A stretch of DNA of 64,000 bases from a virus: IMG/VR virus record IMGVR_UViG_3300047510_001256, positions 80,688-144,687 of that record. One strand, written 5' to 3'. Every line of letters begins with the position of its first letter. The first letter of the stretch is position 1. Positions 10,699 through 17,967 of the stretch are shown here, one piece after another. The notes beneath the pieces are model-generated. The model made no database searches and had not been told where the DNA came from. It saw only the letters and a program-made list of their open reading frames with translations. A program made the translations under genes and the position numbers.

Positions 10699-10889
10699 GG
10701 AGCATCATCGTGGTCTGTCATCATATCATACCACTCCTTGTCGGCAATGTCAAGAGCTGGAACGGCAGCAACTGCTCTACCATCAGGCATTCTGATCATA
10801 AAGTACTGCTTGTCCTTCTCTATCTTATCCATATACTCTTCAAAGTTTTCTTCAAACTCTTCTTGTGTAACTTCAATTACTTCGTTCAT
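10695..10889 (-). CDS. Phd/YefM antitoxin-like small protein
   Basis: VTQEEFEENFEEYMDKIE...FMIRMPDGRAVAAVP resembles the Phd N-terminal fold pattern. Confidence 0.5.
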   Translation of the reverse strand: MNEVIEVTQEEFEENFEEYMDKIEKDKQYFMIRMPDGRAVAAVPALDIADKEWYDMMTDHDDAP

Positions 10890-11277
10890 GTGTGATATCC
10901 TCGTAGTCCTGTAGTATTCCTCGTTTGAAATGTAATTTTAATCGTGGCCATGTTTCCCATGATCCTTTCCAATTTGCCACATGTACTTCAACATATTTTG
11001 TAATTAAACAGGGAACATATCTACCATGTTGTCCGGTAGGAACCCATTCAAAGTTTAAAAACTTCATCTTGGGATCATATCTTGGATCGTCCTCTTCAAT
11101 AATCTCAAATGTATTTGTTCCCCGATAATCAGGATACCATAGAACTCCATTTGGATCTAACCAATAGTCAGTCATTGTGCCACCAATACCATCTTCAATG
11201 TCTTTGGTTTGACACACTACATTTGTAAATTGCTCACCCAAATCATATGATGAGCGAAAATAATCAAACATTCCCAT
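10873..11277 (-). CDS. Phage hypothetical protein (MGMFD...QTKD type)
   Basis: 134-aa ORF in a tightly overlapping operon. Confidence 0.7.
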   Translation of the reverse strand: MGMFDYFRSSYDLGEQFTNVVCQTKDIEDGIGGTMTDYWLDPNGVLWYPDYRGTNTFEIIEEDDPRYDPKMKFLNFEWVPTGQHGRYVPCLITKYVEVHVANWKGSWETWPRLKLHFKRGILQDYEDITHERSN

Positions 11278-11542
11278 GTTTCTCTACCGTAGCCCTCCAA
11301 AAATCAGATGTCATGTTATTAGATCCTTCAACCTTGGCAACAATGACACCATCAATTAAAGCAACTAAAGTTGGTGTGGCAACTACACCACAATCATTGG
11401 CAAATTGCGTCCATTGATTTCCAACTTTAGCATTGGTGATGGTGATAACATTTTCCCAACCTTCAACTTTCTTTAGTTGTGTCTCAGCATACATGCATGG
11501 ACGGCAACCTTCTTGAACAAACAAATGAATATCAGTCATCAT
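11264..11542 (-). CDS. Thioredoxin/glutaredoxin-like protein
   Basis: GCRPC motif and cis-Pro V(A)TPTLV motif. Confidence 0.75.
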   Translation of the reverse strand: MMTDIHLFVQEGCRPCMYAETQLKKVEGWENVITITNAKVGNQWTQFANDCGVVATPTLVALIDGVIVAKVEGSNNMTSDFWRATVEKHGNV

Positions 11543-11903
11543 CTAACTCCACATCATCTACAAGATCTGTTAATCTTTTTATAAAGTCTTCATCCATAGG
11601 AATGAGTTTTTCTTCACCACGATCAATACGATCTACCATTTCAAGCAACTCTTCAAGAAAATACTTTGGATAAGTATCATCTTCGCCAAGAGATACCCAA
11701 AACCATTCAAGACATTCTTGTTCTGGATCGTCATTTTTGAGTAGAGCATAGTCTTTATAGTTTGATCCCATAAGATCAGCCCAGATTCTAAATGCTCCAC
11801 GAATAGATTGCCAACCAGTCATCCAACAATGACCGATCCAATATTCCCACCAGTTGAGGGTGGTTTTGTTTTTGTTTGTTCCCTTAACTGGTGTGCTATA
11901 CAT
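11532..11903 (-). CDS. Hypothetical protein (Trp-rich N-terminus)
   Basis: 123-aa ORF within the operon. Confidence 0.7.
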   Translation of the reverse strand: MYSTPVKGTNKNKTTLNWWEYWIGHCWMTGWQSIRGAFRIWADLMGSNYKDYALLKNDDPEQECLEWFWVSLGEDDTYPKYFLEELLEMVDRIDRGEEKLIPMDEDFIKRLTDLVDDVELDDD

Positions 11904-11904
11904 A

Positions 11905-12150
11905 TCAAATCATACAACAAAGTTCTTTTTCTTTTAGATATTTAATTGATTCTTTGCAACCGCCTAGTGGAATGTCCCCTAATACGATCTGTGGAAATGT
12001 TGCTCCTTTACCAAACTCAGAATAAAACTCTTCTTTTGTAAAGTGCTCTCCCAATTCATAGACAACATAATCTAGACCTTGATGTTGTGCGATGAAAATA
12101 AATTTCTGGCAATGCGAACATCCTGGTTTTGAATAGATTGTTAGACTCAT
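11905..12150 (-). CDS. nrdC: Glutaredoxin (NrdC-like)
   Basis: YSKPGCSHC, TFPQI and LGGC motifs. Confidence 0.85.
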   Translation of the reverse strand: MSLTIYSKPGCSHCQKFIFIAQHQGLDYVVYELGEHFTKEEFYSEFGKGATFPQIVLGDIPLGGCKESIKYLKEKELCCMI

Positions 12151-12815
12151 TTGTTTTGTGCTTCGTAATCTTTGTTGAAAGTTTCAAGTCCCTTATCCGT
12201 GAGAACATGACAATACATTTTGTCAAAAATCTCTGGGGGCATAGTAACAACATCGGCACCACTCATAAAACAACGCGAAACACTATGCACATCTCGTAAA
12301 GAAGCAGCAAGAACCTTGGTATTGATGCCGTGTAATTTATATGTATCAGAAATATTTTGTATCAGTTGAACACCATCAAAAGAATTATCATAGACTCTAC
12401 CAACAAAAGGAGAAACATAAGTTGCTCCTGCTTTTGCTGCTAGAATTGCTTGTGCTACAGAGAAGATAAGAGTTACATTAGTAGTTATCTTTTTACCATC
12501 TGTATTTTCCATGTCTGCAAAATAAGCACATGCCTTTAGTCCTTCTGGTGTGCATGGAAGTTTGATTGTGACATTTGGAGCGATAGTAAAGTAATCTACC
12601 CCTTGTCGTATCATACTAGCATAGTCATCTGCAACAACTTCTGCAGAGATAGATTCAAAATCAGGAAAACTATCGACAATTTCTTGAATGACTTCTTGTT
12701 GTGTCCTGCCAGATTTTAAAATAAGAGTTGGATTTGTCGTGACTCCATCAATTAATCCGGTAGTATATCTTTTATAGATTGCATCAACATCACCTGTATC
12801 AAGAAATATTTTCAT
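12147..12815 (-). CDS. talC: Transaldolase TalC (auxiliary metabolic gene)
   Basis: MKIFLDT, GVTTNPTLI, IKLP (Schiff-base Lys), NVTLIFS, YVSPFVGR. Start moved to ATG 12815. Confidence 0.95.
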   Translation of the reverse strand: MKIFLDTGDVDAIYKRYTTGLIDGVTTNPTLILKSGRTQQEVIQEIVDSFPDFESISAEVVADDYASMIRQGVDYFTIAPNVTIKLPCTPEGLKACAYFADMENTDGKKITTNVTLIFSVAQAILAAKAGATYVSPFVGRVYDNSFDGVQLIQNISDTYKLHGINTKVLAASLRDVHSVSRCFMSGADVVTMPPEIFDKMYCHVLTDKGLETFNKDYEAQNK

Positions 12816-12881
12816 GGGGTTACTTTGAATTGTAATATTAAATGACGACATATAATTAAAAAATAACAACAATTAGTTGAG

Positions 12882-12955
12882 TCGGGATGATAGGATTTGA
12901 ACCTACGACTTCTCGCTCCCAAAGCGAGTGCTCTACCAAACTGAGCTACATCCCG
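12882..12955 (-). tRNA. tRNA-Pro (TGG)
   Basis: CGGGATGTAGCTCAG...TTTGGGA...GGTTCAAATCC...CATCCCGA. Confidence 0.95.
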
Positions 12956-13149
12956 ATAGACTCTTTATATAGGAATTGTTCTTTGAGATTATAGAACAAC
13001 TTATGGTGTTTTGTCAAGAGGTAATATCCAGTGAGATCCTTACCATTATCAGTCCACCCATAAGAAATAACAGGTTCATTAATATCTTGTAGATCAAGTT
13101 TACGATCTGTATGAAGATAGTGATTGAAACGCTGGTGGAGGTTGATCAT
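12946..13149 (-). CDS. Hypothetical protein
   Basis: 67-aa ORF; 3' end overlaps tRNA-Pro by 10 nt. Confidence 0.55.
   Translation of the reverse strand: MINLHQRFNHYLHTDRKLDLQDINEPVISYGWTDNGKDLTGYYLLTKHHKLFYNLKEQFLYKESIGM
12988..13017 (-). promoter_or_regulatory. sigma70-type promoter for tRNA-Pro/talC
   Basis: TTGACA-N18-TATAAT. Confidence 0.7.
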
Positions 13150-13227
13150 AATTTGCTTGCTTCTGTCAGTATTTTATGACAGAAGCGTGTGAAAATCAAG
13201 ACATTCTAAAGGAATTTTATTATATCT

Positions 13228-13485
13228 TTATCTTTCTTCAAAGTCAAGACGACGCACCTTACGCTTGCGTCTCTGCTCCTGAAACTCCAAATCCTGTCTT
13301 GTTAGAACTGAATTTTGGTGACGAGGTTTTGCCCCCGAGATTATTTCTACTAGGGACAGGTCCAGTCCACTGATGTTGCCACCACGGATGGATGTAAGGT
13401 TCGGACATTGGCAACTGCGTAACTGGGATGGGTGCTCCTCTAATACTTTCCCGCAGCTCTTGCATCTGATAGTTAACATTTTCAA
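13228..13485 (-). CDS. Small Zn-ribbon protein
   Basis: CKSC...CQC motif, basic C-terminus; alternative ATG at 13479. Confidence 0.7.
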   Translation of the reverse strand: MKMLTIRCKSCGKVLEEHPSQLRSCQCPNLTSIRGGNISGLDLSLVEIISGAKPRHQNSVLTRQDLEFQEQRRKRKVRRLDFEER

Positions 13486-13559
13486 GCATTCCTTTTATGT
13501 CGTCAAGTTCTTTACGAATTTTTAAATAGCGTTCTTTATCCATATTATATATTGGACTA

Positions 13560-13631
13560 TGGGCGATACTGGATTTGAACCAGTGACCATCTCCGTGTAA
13601 AGGAGGCACTCTACCGCTGAGTTAATCGCCC
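13560..13631 (-). tRNA. tRNA-Val (TAC)
   Basis: GGGCGATTAACTCAGCGG...CTTTACACG...GGTTCAAATCC...ATCGCCCA. Confidence 0.95.
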
Positions 13632-13634
13632 TAG

Positions 13635-13823
13635 AGGGTGGTGAGATTCTATCATACTCACAATCGGGAAGGTCTCACTGATAGTAAGTGTTTTCCCAAT
13701 ACTTTCGGACTCCTTGATAGTGGATTCTCATACCTCTAGTCTCCTAGTCGTATGGCGGGTATCACCCCTGTCCTAATCTACATTACCCAGTGCTTGACCA
13801 CATAGGTTATTCTGTCACACCCA
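13635..13823 (-). ncRNA. Structured pseudoknotted RNA, probably the manA RNA motif
   Basis: Closing stem GGGUG/CACCC, several hairpins, loop-loop complement CUAUCA/UGAUAG. About 190 nt between two tRNAs, consistent with manA-type cyanophage RNAs (recalled, not searched). Confidence 0.65.
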
Positions 13824-13848
13824 GGAGAAACCCGTCAGTTTCTCCAAG

Positions 13849-13922
13849 CGTCTCGGACAGGACTTGAACCTGTGACCAACTGCTTAGAAGGCAGATGCTC
13901 TATCCAACTGAGCTACCGAGAC
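13849..13922 (-). tRNA. tRNA-Arg (TCT)
   Basis: GTCTCGGTAGCTCAG...CTTCTAA...GGTTCAAGTCC...CCGAGACG. Confidence 0.95.
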
Positions 13923-13930
13923 ATGAGACA

Positions 13931-13959
13931 ATCTTACCATAGACTGGTCGGATTGTCAA
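13931..13959 (-). promoter_or_regulatory. sigma70-type promoter for tRNA-Arg/ncRNA/tRNA-Val
   Basis: TTGACA-N17-TAAGAT. Confidence 0.65.
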
Positions 13960-14041
13960 TGGGCAGGGAGGGATTTGAACCCCCGTAGGCAGAGCCAGTG
14001 GATTTACAGTCCACCTCCATTAACCACTCGGACACCTACCC
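13960..14041 (-). tRNA. tRNA-Tyr (GTA)
   Basis: GGGTAGGTGTCCGAGTGG...CTGTAAA...variable arm...GGTTCAAATCC...CTGCCCA. Confidence 0.95.
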
Positions 14042-14127
14042 TAGAGACCTCCCTGTTTGTGCTTCAATGAGAGGCATGGGAGGGGCGAGACTGACGCGAG
14101 GTTTGGACCCCCGCTGCTCATGAAATA

Positions 14128-14156
14128 ATAGTAACAGATCACTCCTGGTTTGTCAA
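14128..14156 (-). promoter_or_regulatory. sigma70-type promoter for tRNA-Tyr
   Basis: TTGACA-N17-TACTAT. Confidence 0.65.
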
Positions 14157-14591
14157 GGGGCAATCTGGAACCCATGGGGCACAGAGTCGGATCTCTCCTC
14201 CCAGTGCCTGACACTCCTTAGTATAGCACACAGACTTGTCCACTGGTGCCTCTGAGTATCGTGGTGATGGAATCCTAACAGATCCATCGTCTCCTGTCAA
14301 GCGTTCGTATCTACGAATTGCTTCATCAACTTCTAGTTCTACCTTAGCATCCAATTGTTTTTGATGATCTACTGGATCTGGAATGTCATTCTTAAGTCCT
14401 AGTTTTTCAATGAGTGCTGTGTATATTTTCCAGAGTTGCTTCTCATCTATTTTAAAATGATCAGAAAATCCAGCAATGATTAAAGCAATAATTGAAATAA
14501 TAATGAATCCTTTTATGTGCTTTGGATTTAAAGTTGGCAATACTTTAAACTTTCCTTCTTTGAATTCAAAAAGTTTAAACATTGTCCTCAT
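14139..14591 (-). CDS. Membrane-anchored hypothetical protein with Cys-rich C-terminus
   Basis: TM segment FIIISIIALIIAGF; C-terminal CYTKEC...CAPWVPDCP. Confidence 0.65.
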   Translation of the reverse strand: MRTMFKLFEFKEGKFKVLPTLNPKHIKGFIIISIIALIIAGFSDHFKIDEKQLWKIYTALIEKLGLKNDIPDPVDHQKQLDAKVELEVDEAIRRYERLTGDDGSVRIPSPRYSEAPVDKSVCYTKECQALGGEIRLCAPWVPDCPLTNQE

Positions 14592-14895
14592 CCATATTAG
14601 TCAGAAAATCTTCAAGTGCTTGATCTAAAGCATCTTTGGGAGATGTGTATCTTCCTTTGTCTCTAAGTTTTTTAGTATCAAAAGTTAGAGTTGGAGTCAC
14701 AGATCCGTCTCTCTCTACTTTAACTTTTGCTCCAAAGATAGTTCCTTTGGGTTGAATGTTTAAGGTGTCAGCAGAGTCTAAAGAAACTTTTATCTTATCG
14801 TTCTCTGCTTTTAAATATCCTGACTTAGCAAGGACATCAACTACATCTCGCTCCCCAGGTAATTCATTATCATCTAGTTGATTAAATTTTGTCAT
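14575..14895 (-). CDS. Hypothetical protein
   Basis: 106-aa ORF after an AATAAATA late-type promoter and a GC hairpin. Confidence 0.65.
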   Translation of the reverse strand: MTKFNQLDDNELPGERDVVDVLAKSGYLKAENDKIKVSLDSADTLNIQPKGTIFGAKVKVERDGSVTPTLTFDTKKLRDKGRYTSPKDALDQALEDFLTNMDEDNV

Positions 14896-14937
14896 AGAAA
14901 GGGGAGGTGATCAGTCTCCCCACTATTTATTATATAA

Positions 14938-15300
14938 TTAGACCCTACTATAGCAAACACTGGCGACTCCTTGCCCTGGATGAGCAATAGAAGAGAACGC
15001 ACCATAAGACAAGTCAAGGGAGCGACCAGCAACGAACGGTCCTCTGTCATTCACATACACAATTACCGACTTACCATTAGATTGATTCGTAACCCGTAGT
15101 TTCGTTCCAAATGGTAGCCATTTATGTGCTACTGATTTTCCATAAGCGTTGAAGCGTTCACCATTAGCAGTAGTCCTGCCATGATATCCATCACCGATTC
15201 CATAATGTGAAGCGAGGGAACATCCGCTCGCTGCCTTTGCTTGAAGGGGTGCTAGTCCCGTAACAGCAACGGCAAGAATTGAAAGTGTTTTAAGAAGCAT
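14938..15300 (-). CDS. rlpA: RlpA-like (DPBB) lytic transglycosylase with signal peptide
   Basis: ASHYG..YHGRTTANGERFN...AHKWLPFGTKLRVTN...VNDRGPF...LDLS. Start moved to ATG 15300, which gives the signal peptide MLLKTLSILAVAVTGLAPLQAKA. Confidence 0.9.
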   Translation of the reverse strand: MLLKTLSILAVAVTGLAPLQAKAASGCSLASHYGIGDGYHGRTTANGERFNAYGKSVAHKWLPFGTKLRVTNQSNGKSVIVYVNDRGPFVAGRSLDLSYGAFSSIAHPGQGVASVCYSRV

Positions 15301-15431
15301 TAATTTGTATTGAACTCTACATCCCAATAGAAGGGGGGTATACCGCCCCTCTCGGGGGGCACCTTCCTGGGCTCTAAATGTCACACTCAAAGTCTAATGA
15401 TAAAGAGGTCTGGTGTGTTACAGACCCTTAC

Positions 15432-15486
15432 ATAGTATGGCATATTTAGTCATTTGTCAAGCTAAATAGTCCAGATTGAAAACTGG
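15432..15486 (-). promoter_or_regulatory. Composite promoter: palindromic upstream box, sigma70 promoter and internal CTAAATA late-like motif
   Basis: CCAGAT-N4-AACTGG at 15471-15486; TTGACA-N17-TACTAT; CTAAATA inside the spacer. Confidence 0.6.
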
Positions 15487-15494
15487 CACACACC

Positions 15495-15647
15495 ATGTAT
15501 CAGCTACGAGAGAATGACATTCACAGACTAATTACTGCCTGTAAGCACTATCAAAACGAGACTGGATCTGAGTTTGTCTGGGCAGAGTATCAAAATTTAG
15601 TTGACAAATTAAAATTATATCTTGAGCAAAACTTATCACAATCATAA
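15495..15647 (+). CDS. Small hypothetical protein (50 aa)
   Basis: MYQLRENDIHRLITACKHYQNETGSEFVWAEYQNLVDKLKLYLEQNLSQS; below the ORF-track cutoff. Confidence 0.6.
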   Translation: MYQLRENDIHRLITACKHYQNETGSEFVWAEYQNLVDKLKLYLEQNLSQS

Positions 15648-15668
15648 AACATTTTAATCATAAAATGT

Positions 15669-15863
15669 ATGCCAAGAGAATGGAACACTCCGATTAGAGA
15701 GCCTTGGAATGCTCCTATTCACAACACACTAAAGGCAATAGACAACCACACTCAAGAGTATTTTAAGAGTGGTGATGAATGGCATCTAGAAAAAGCAGAT
15801 ATGCTTAGAAATTATCTTCACGAACTGAAGACTTGGATACACAAACAAGAGGGTAGATCATGA
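15669..15863 (+). CDS. Cyanophage-type hypothetical protein
   Basis: 64 aa, MPREWNTPIREPWN... Confidence 0.7.
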   Translation: MPREWNTPIREPWNAPIHNTLKAIDNHTQEYFKSGDEWHLEKADMLRNYLHELKTWIHKQEGRS

Positions 15864-16009
15864 TTCAAGATTTTCCATGGGGAGTAGTAATTATCTTAGG
15901 CATGGGATTAATATTTACTGCCTATATCATTTACTACATATTAAGATTAGCATATTTGGAGACTAAAGATGTATCAATACAAGATCAAGAAGATCAACAG
16001 GGTCATTGA
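15860..16009 (+). CDS. Small single-TM membrane protein (49 aa)
   Basis: MIQDFPWGVVIILGMGLIFTAYIIYYILRLAY...; ATGA overlap with the previous ORF. Confidence 0.55.
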   Translation: MIQDFPWGVVIILGMGLIFTAYIIYYILRLAYLETKDVSIQDQEDQQGH

Positions 16010-16307
16010 TGGTGACACTATTGATGTTGATATTGATCTGGGTTTTAGTATCACACTCTCTCAAAGAGTAAGATTAAAAGATATTGATGCTGCTGAAACT
16101 AGAACAACAGACCTAACAGAAAAAGCAGAAGGTCTAGCAGCAAAAGCATGGCTAGAAAAAGAACTCTCCCGTGAGGGAGAGTGGATTATTGAAACAACAA
16201 AAGAGGACAAGTATGGAAGAATACTTGGCACTCTTTATCTTGTTGGTGATCCCGTCACATTAAATGAAAGGATGTTGAATGAAGGTATTGCTAAACCTTA
16301 TTCGTAA
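15969..16307 (+). CDS. Thermonuclease (SNase-fold) family protein
   Basis: RVIDGDTIDV, RVRL..IDAAE, DKYGRILG, LNERML.EG.A motifs. Confidence 0.85.
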   Translation: MYQYKIKKINRVIDGDTIDVDIDLGFSITLSQRVRLKDIDAAETRTTDLTEKAEGLAAKAWLEKELSREGEWIIETTKEDKYGRILGTLYLVGDPVTLNERMLNEGIAKPYS

Positions 16308-17437
16308 AAGTCGGCAGCACCAAAATCATCTGTGTAATTTGGAATCTCAAAGTCAATCACTGGTGGTGAAATCTGAGGATCATCATAGTATAGATTATCA
16401 TCAAATGGTGGAATCTCTTCGTGCCAATGATCTCCTGGATTTTGCTCTATGAATCTTCCAATGAAATCATCGTAATGCTCACTAGGAGAAGCATCATTTT
16501 CAGCATTATTGTGAGGCCCTGAATTACCTGGAGCATCATCATCTCCATTTCCCCATCCGTTGTCTTGATGGTTATCAGGTTTTCCTCCACCTCCTCCATT
16601 GCCAGGAGAATTTTCCGAATCATTATTTTGTCCTCCATCATTCTTTGAATCGCCTGGAGGTTGGTTTGGTTCGGGGTCTTGTCCATCTTGGTGATTACCT
16701 TTACCTGGATTATCGGATGCTCCTGTCTCTCCATCCCATGGCGAGTTACCGACTTCTTTATCATTACCAGGATTACCTTTGCCTGGATCTTCAGGATCAG
16801 GCTCCTCAGGATCCTCTGGGTCTGGGTCTTCTGGATCTTCAGGATCAGGCTCCTCAGGATCTTCAGGATCCTCTGGGTCAACTGGTGGGTCCACAGGAGG
16901 ATCTACAGGGGGGTCCACAGGCGGATCAACGGGTGGTTCAACAGGAGGGTCTATAGGCGGATCAACTGGCGGAACAGGGGGGTTCACAGGAGGATCAACT
17001 GGTGGGGCAGGGGGGTCTACAACTTGTTCTTGTTCTGGTAGATCGCCAACAACAATGCTGTCGTCAACATTATTCCCACTCCCAAAAGATATAGTATCAA
17101 GATTAAAAGAGATGTCATTTTTTCCAACGGGTGTAATGTCTATTCCATAAGCTTTAAATGCTTCTGCTGGAGTGATACTAGTTGGGATAATAGTATCTCC
17201 AGAAGATCCAAAGGATTCTAATGCTGGATTGGAAAAATCAATTCCTGCCGTAACTTCAACTTCACCTACATTAATTGATGGAGCATCTTCTACTGGTGTA
17301 GTGATACTTACATCACCAACTGGTGTATATCCACCAGGGAAACGAGCAGCAGCAGTAGGATCATGTGGTATTTGATCCTGAGATTGCTGACTCGTCTTGA
17401 GTGTTTCTTCGCCTTGTAATCCTAACTGATCTTCCAT
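16298..17437 (-). CDS. Acidic Pro/Asp/Gly-rich low-complexity protein
   Basis: 379 aa with (PVDP)n and (EDPEEPDP)n repeats; late-type promoter at about 17457. Confidence 0.7.
   Translation of the reverse strand: MEDQLGLQGEETLKTSQQSQDQIPHDPTAAARFPGGYTPVGDVSITTPVEDAPSINVGEVEVTAGIDFSNPALESFGSSGDTIIPTSITPAEAFKAYGIDITPVGKNDISFNLDTISFGSGNNVDDSIVVGDLPEQEQVVDPPAPPVDPPVNPPVPPVDPPIDPPVEPPVDPPVDPPVDPPVDPPVDPEDPEDPEEPDPEDPEDPDPEDPEEPDPEDPGKGNPGNDKEVGNSPWDGETGASDNPGKGNHQDGQDPEPNQPPGDSKNDGGQNNDSENSPGNGGGGGKPDNHQDNGWGNGDDDAPGNSGPHNNAENDASPSEHYDDFIGRFIEQNPGDHWHEEIPPFDDNLYYDDPQISPPVIDFEIPNYTDDFGAADFYE
16783..17020. repeat. Coding tandem repeats (12-bp PVDP units; 31-bp exact direct repeat at 16783-16813 and 16831-16861)
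   Basis: CTGGATCTTCAGGATCAGGCTCCTCAGGATC occurs twice, 48 nt apart. Confidence 0.85.
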
Positions 17438-17464
17438 AATTTTGCCTATATAGAACTATTTATT

Positions 17465-17965
17465 TTATGTTGACCATAAAGCACCTTCTGCTTTTCTTCT
17501 TCTCATCAGTCCTGCTTCTACCTTAGTGCCAGGATTACGATACAACGCTAATGCTCCTGGAACATCATTCCATCTTCCAGATTGTAATGCCTGAGTGATT
17601 GTTTTGAAGTCAGGACTTCCATAGAAGTTAGCGCCAAGATTATAAGCAAAAGATAATAGTGCTCCTCGTTTCTTATCGCTCATCTGATCCCAGTAAGGAA
17701 TCTTTTTCAACTTAGGAATGAACTGAGTTTTGATTTGATTAATTAAAAGATCATCTGCTTCTTTTTGTGTGATCTTATCAGTAATTTTAAATGGTTTCCC
17801 ATCAAAGTTTCGTGTGCTTCCCCATCCTATGGTGATAGGAAGTCCTCCAGTGTATGGATCGTAGTAGGCATCTAATTCACATCCCTCAAATTCCTTAATT
17901 AAAGCAACACCAACCAAAGGAACTTCATCAGGATTGTTTGCCCGATTGGAATTTATGGTTGGCAT
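17465..17965 (-). CDS. Phage lysozyme / endolysin (GH24)
   Basis: LIKEFEGC.L.AY.DP....TIGWGST, ALLSFAYNLG, GLMRRRKAEGALW. Confidence 0.92.
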   Translation of the reverse strand: MPTINSNRANNPDEVPLVGVALIKEFEGCELDAYYDPYTGGLPITIGWGSTRNFDGKPFKITDKITQKEADDLLINQIKTQFIPKLKKIPYWDQMSDKKRGALLSFAYNLGANFYGSPDFKTITQALQSGRWNDVPGALALYRNPGTKVEAGLMRRRKAEGALWST

Positions 17966-17967
17966 GT

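Noticed and set aside
14042-14125. Hammerhead or HDV/theta ribozyme next to a tRNA
   Set aside because: No CUGANGA/GAAA core or nested double pseudoknot could be built by eye, and the element lies 5' of the tRNA rather than 3'
16645-17150. Gly/Ser-repeat plus-strand ORFs, or a possible CRISPR-like array
   Set aside because: This is the antisense of the Pro/Asp coding repeats; the units vary at synonymous positions and have no unique spacers
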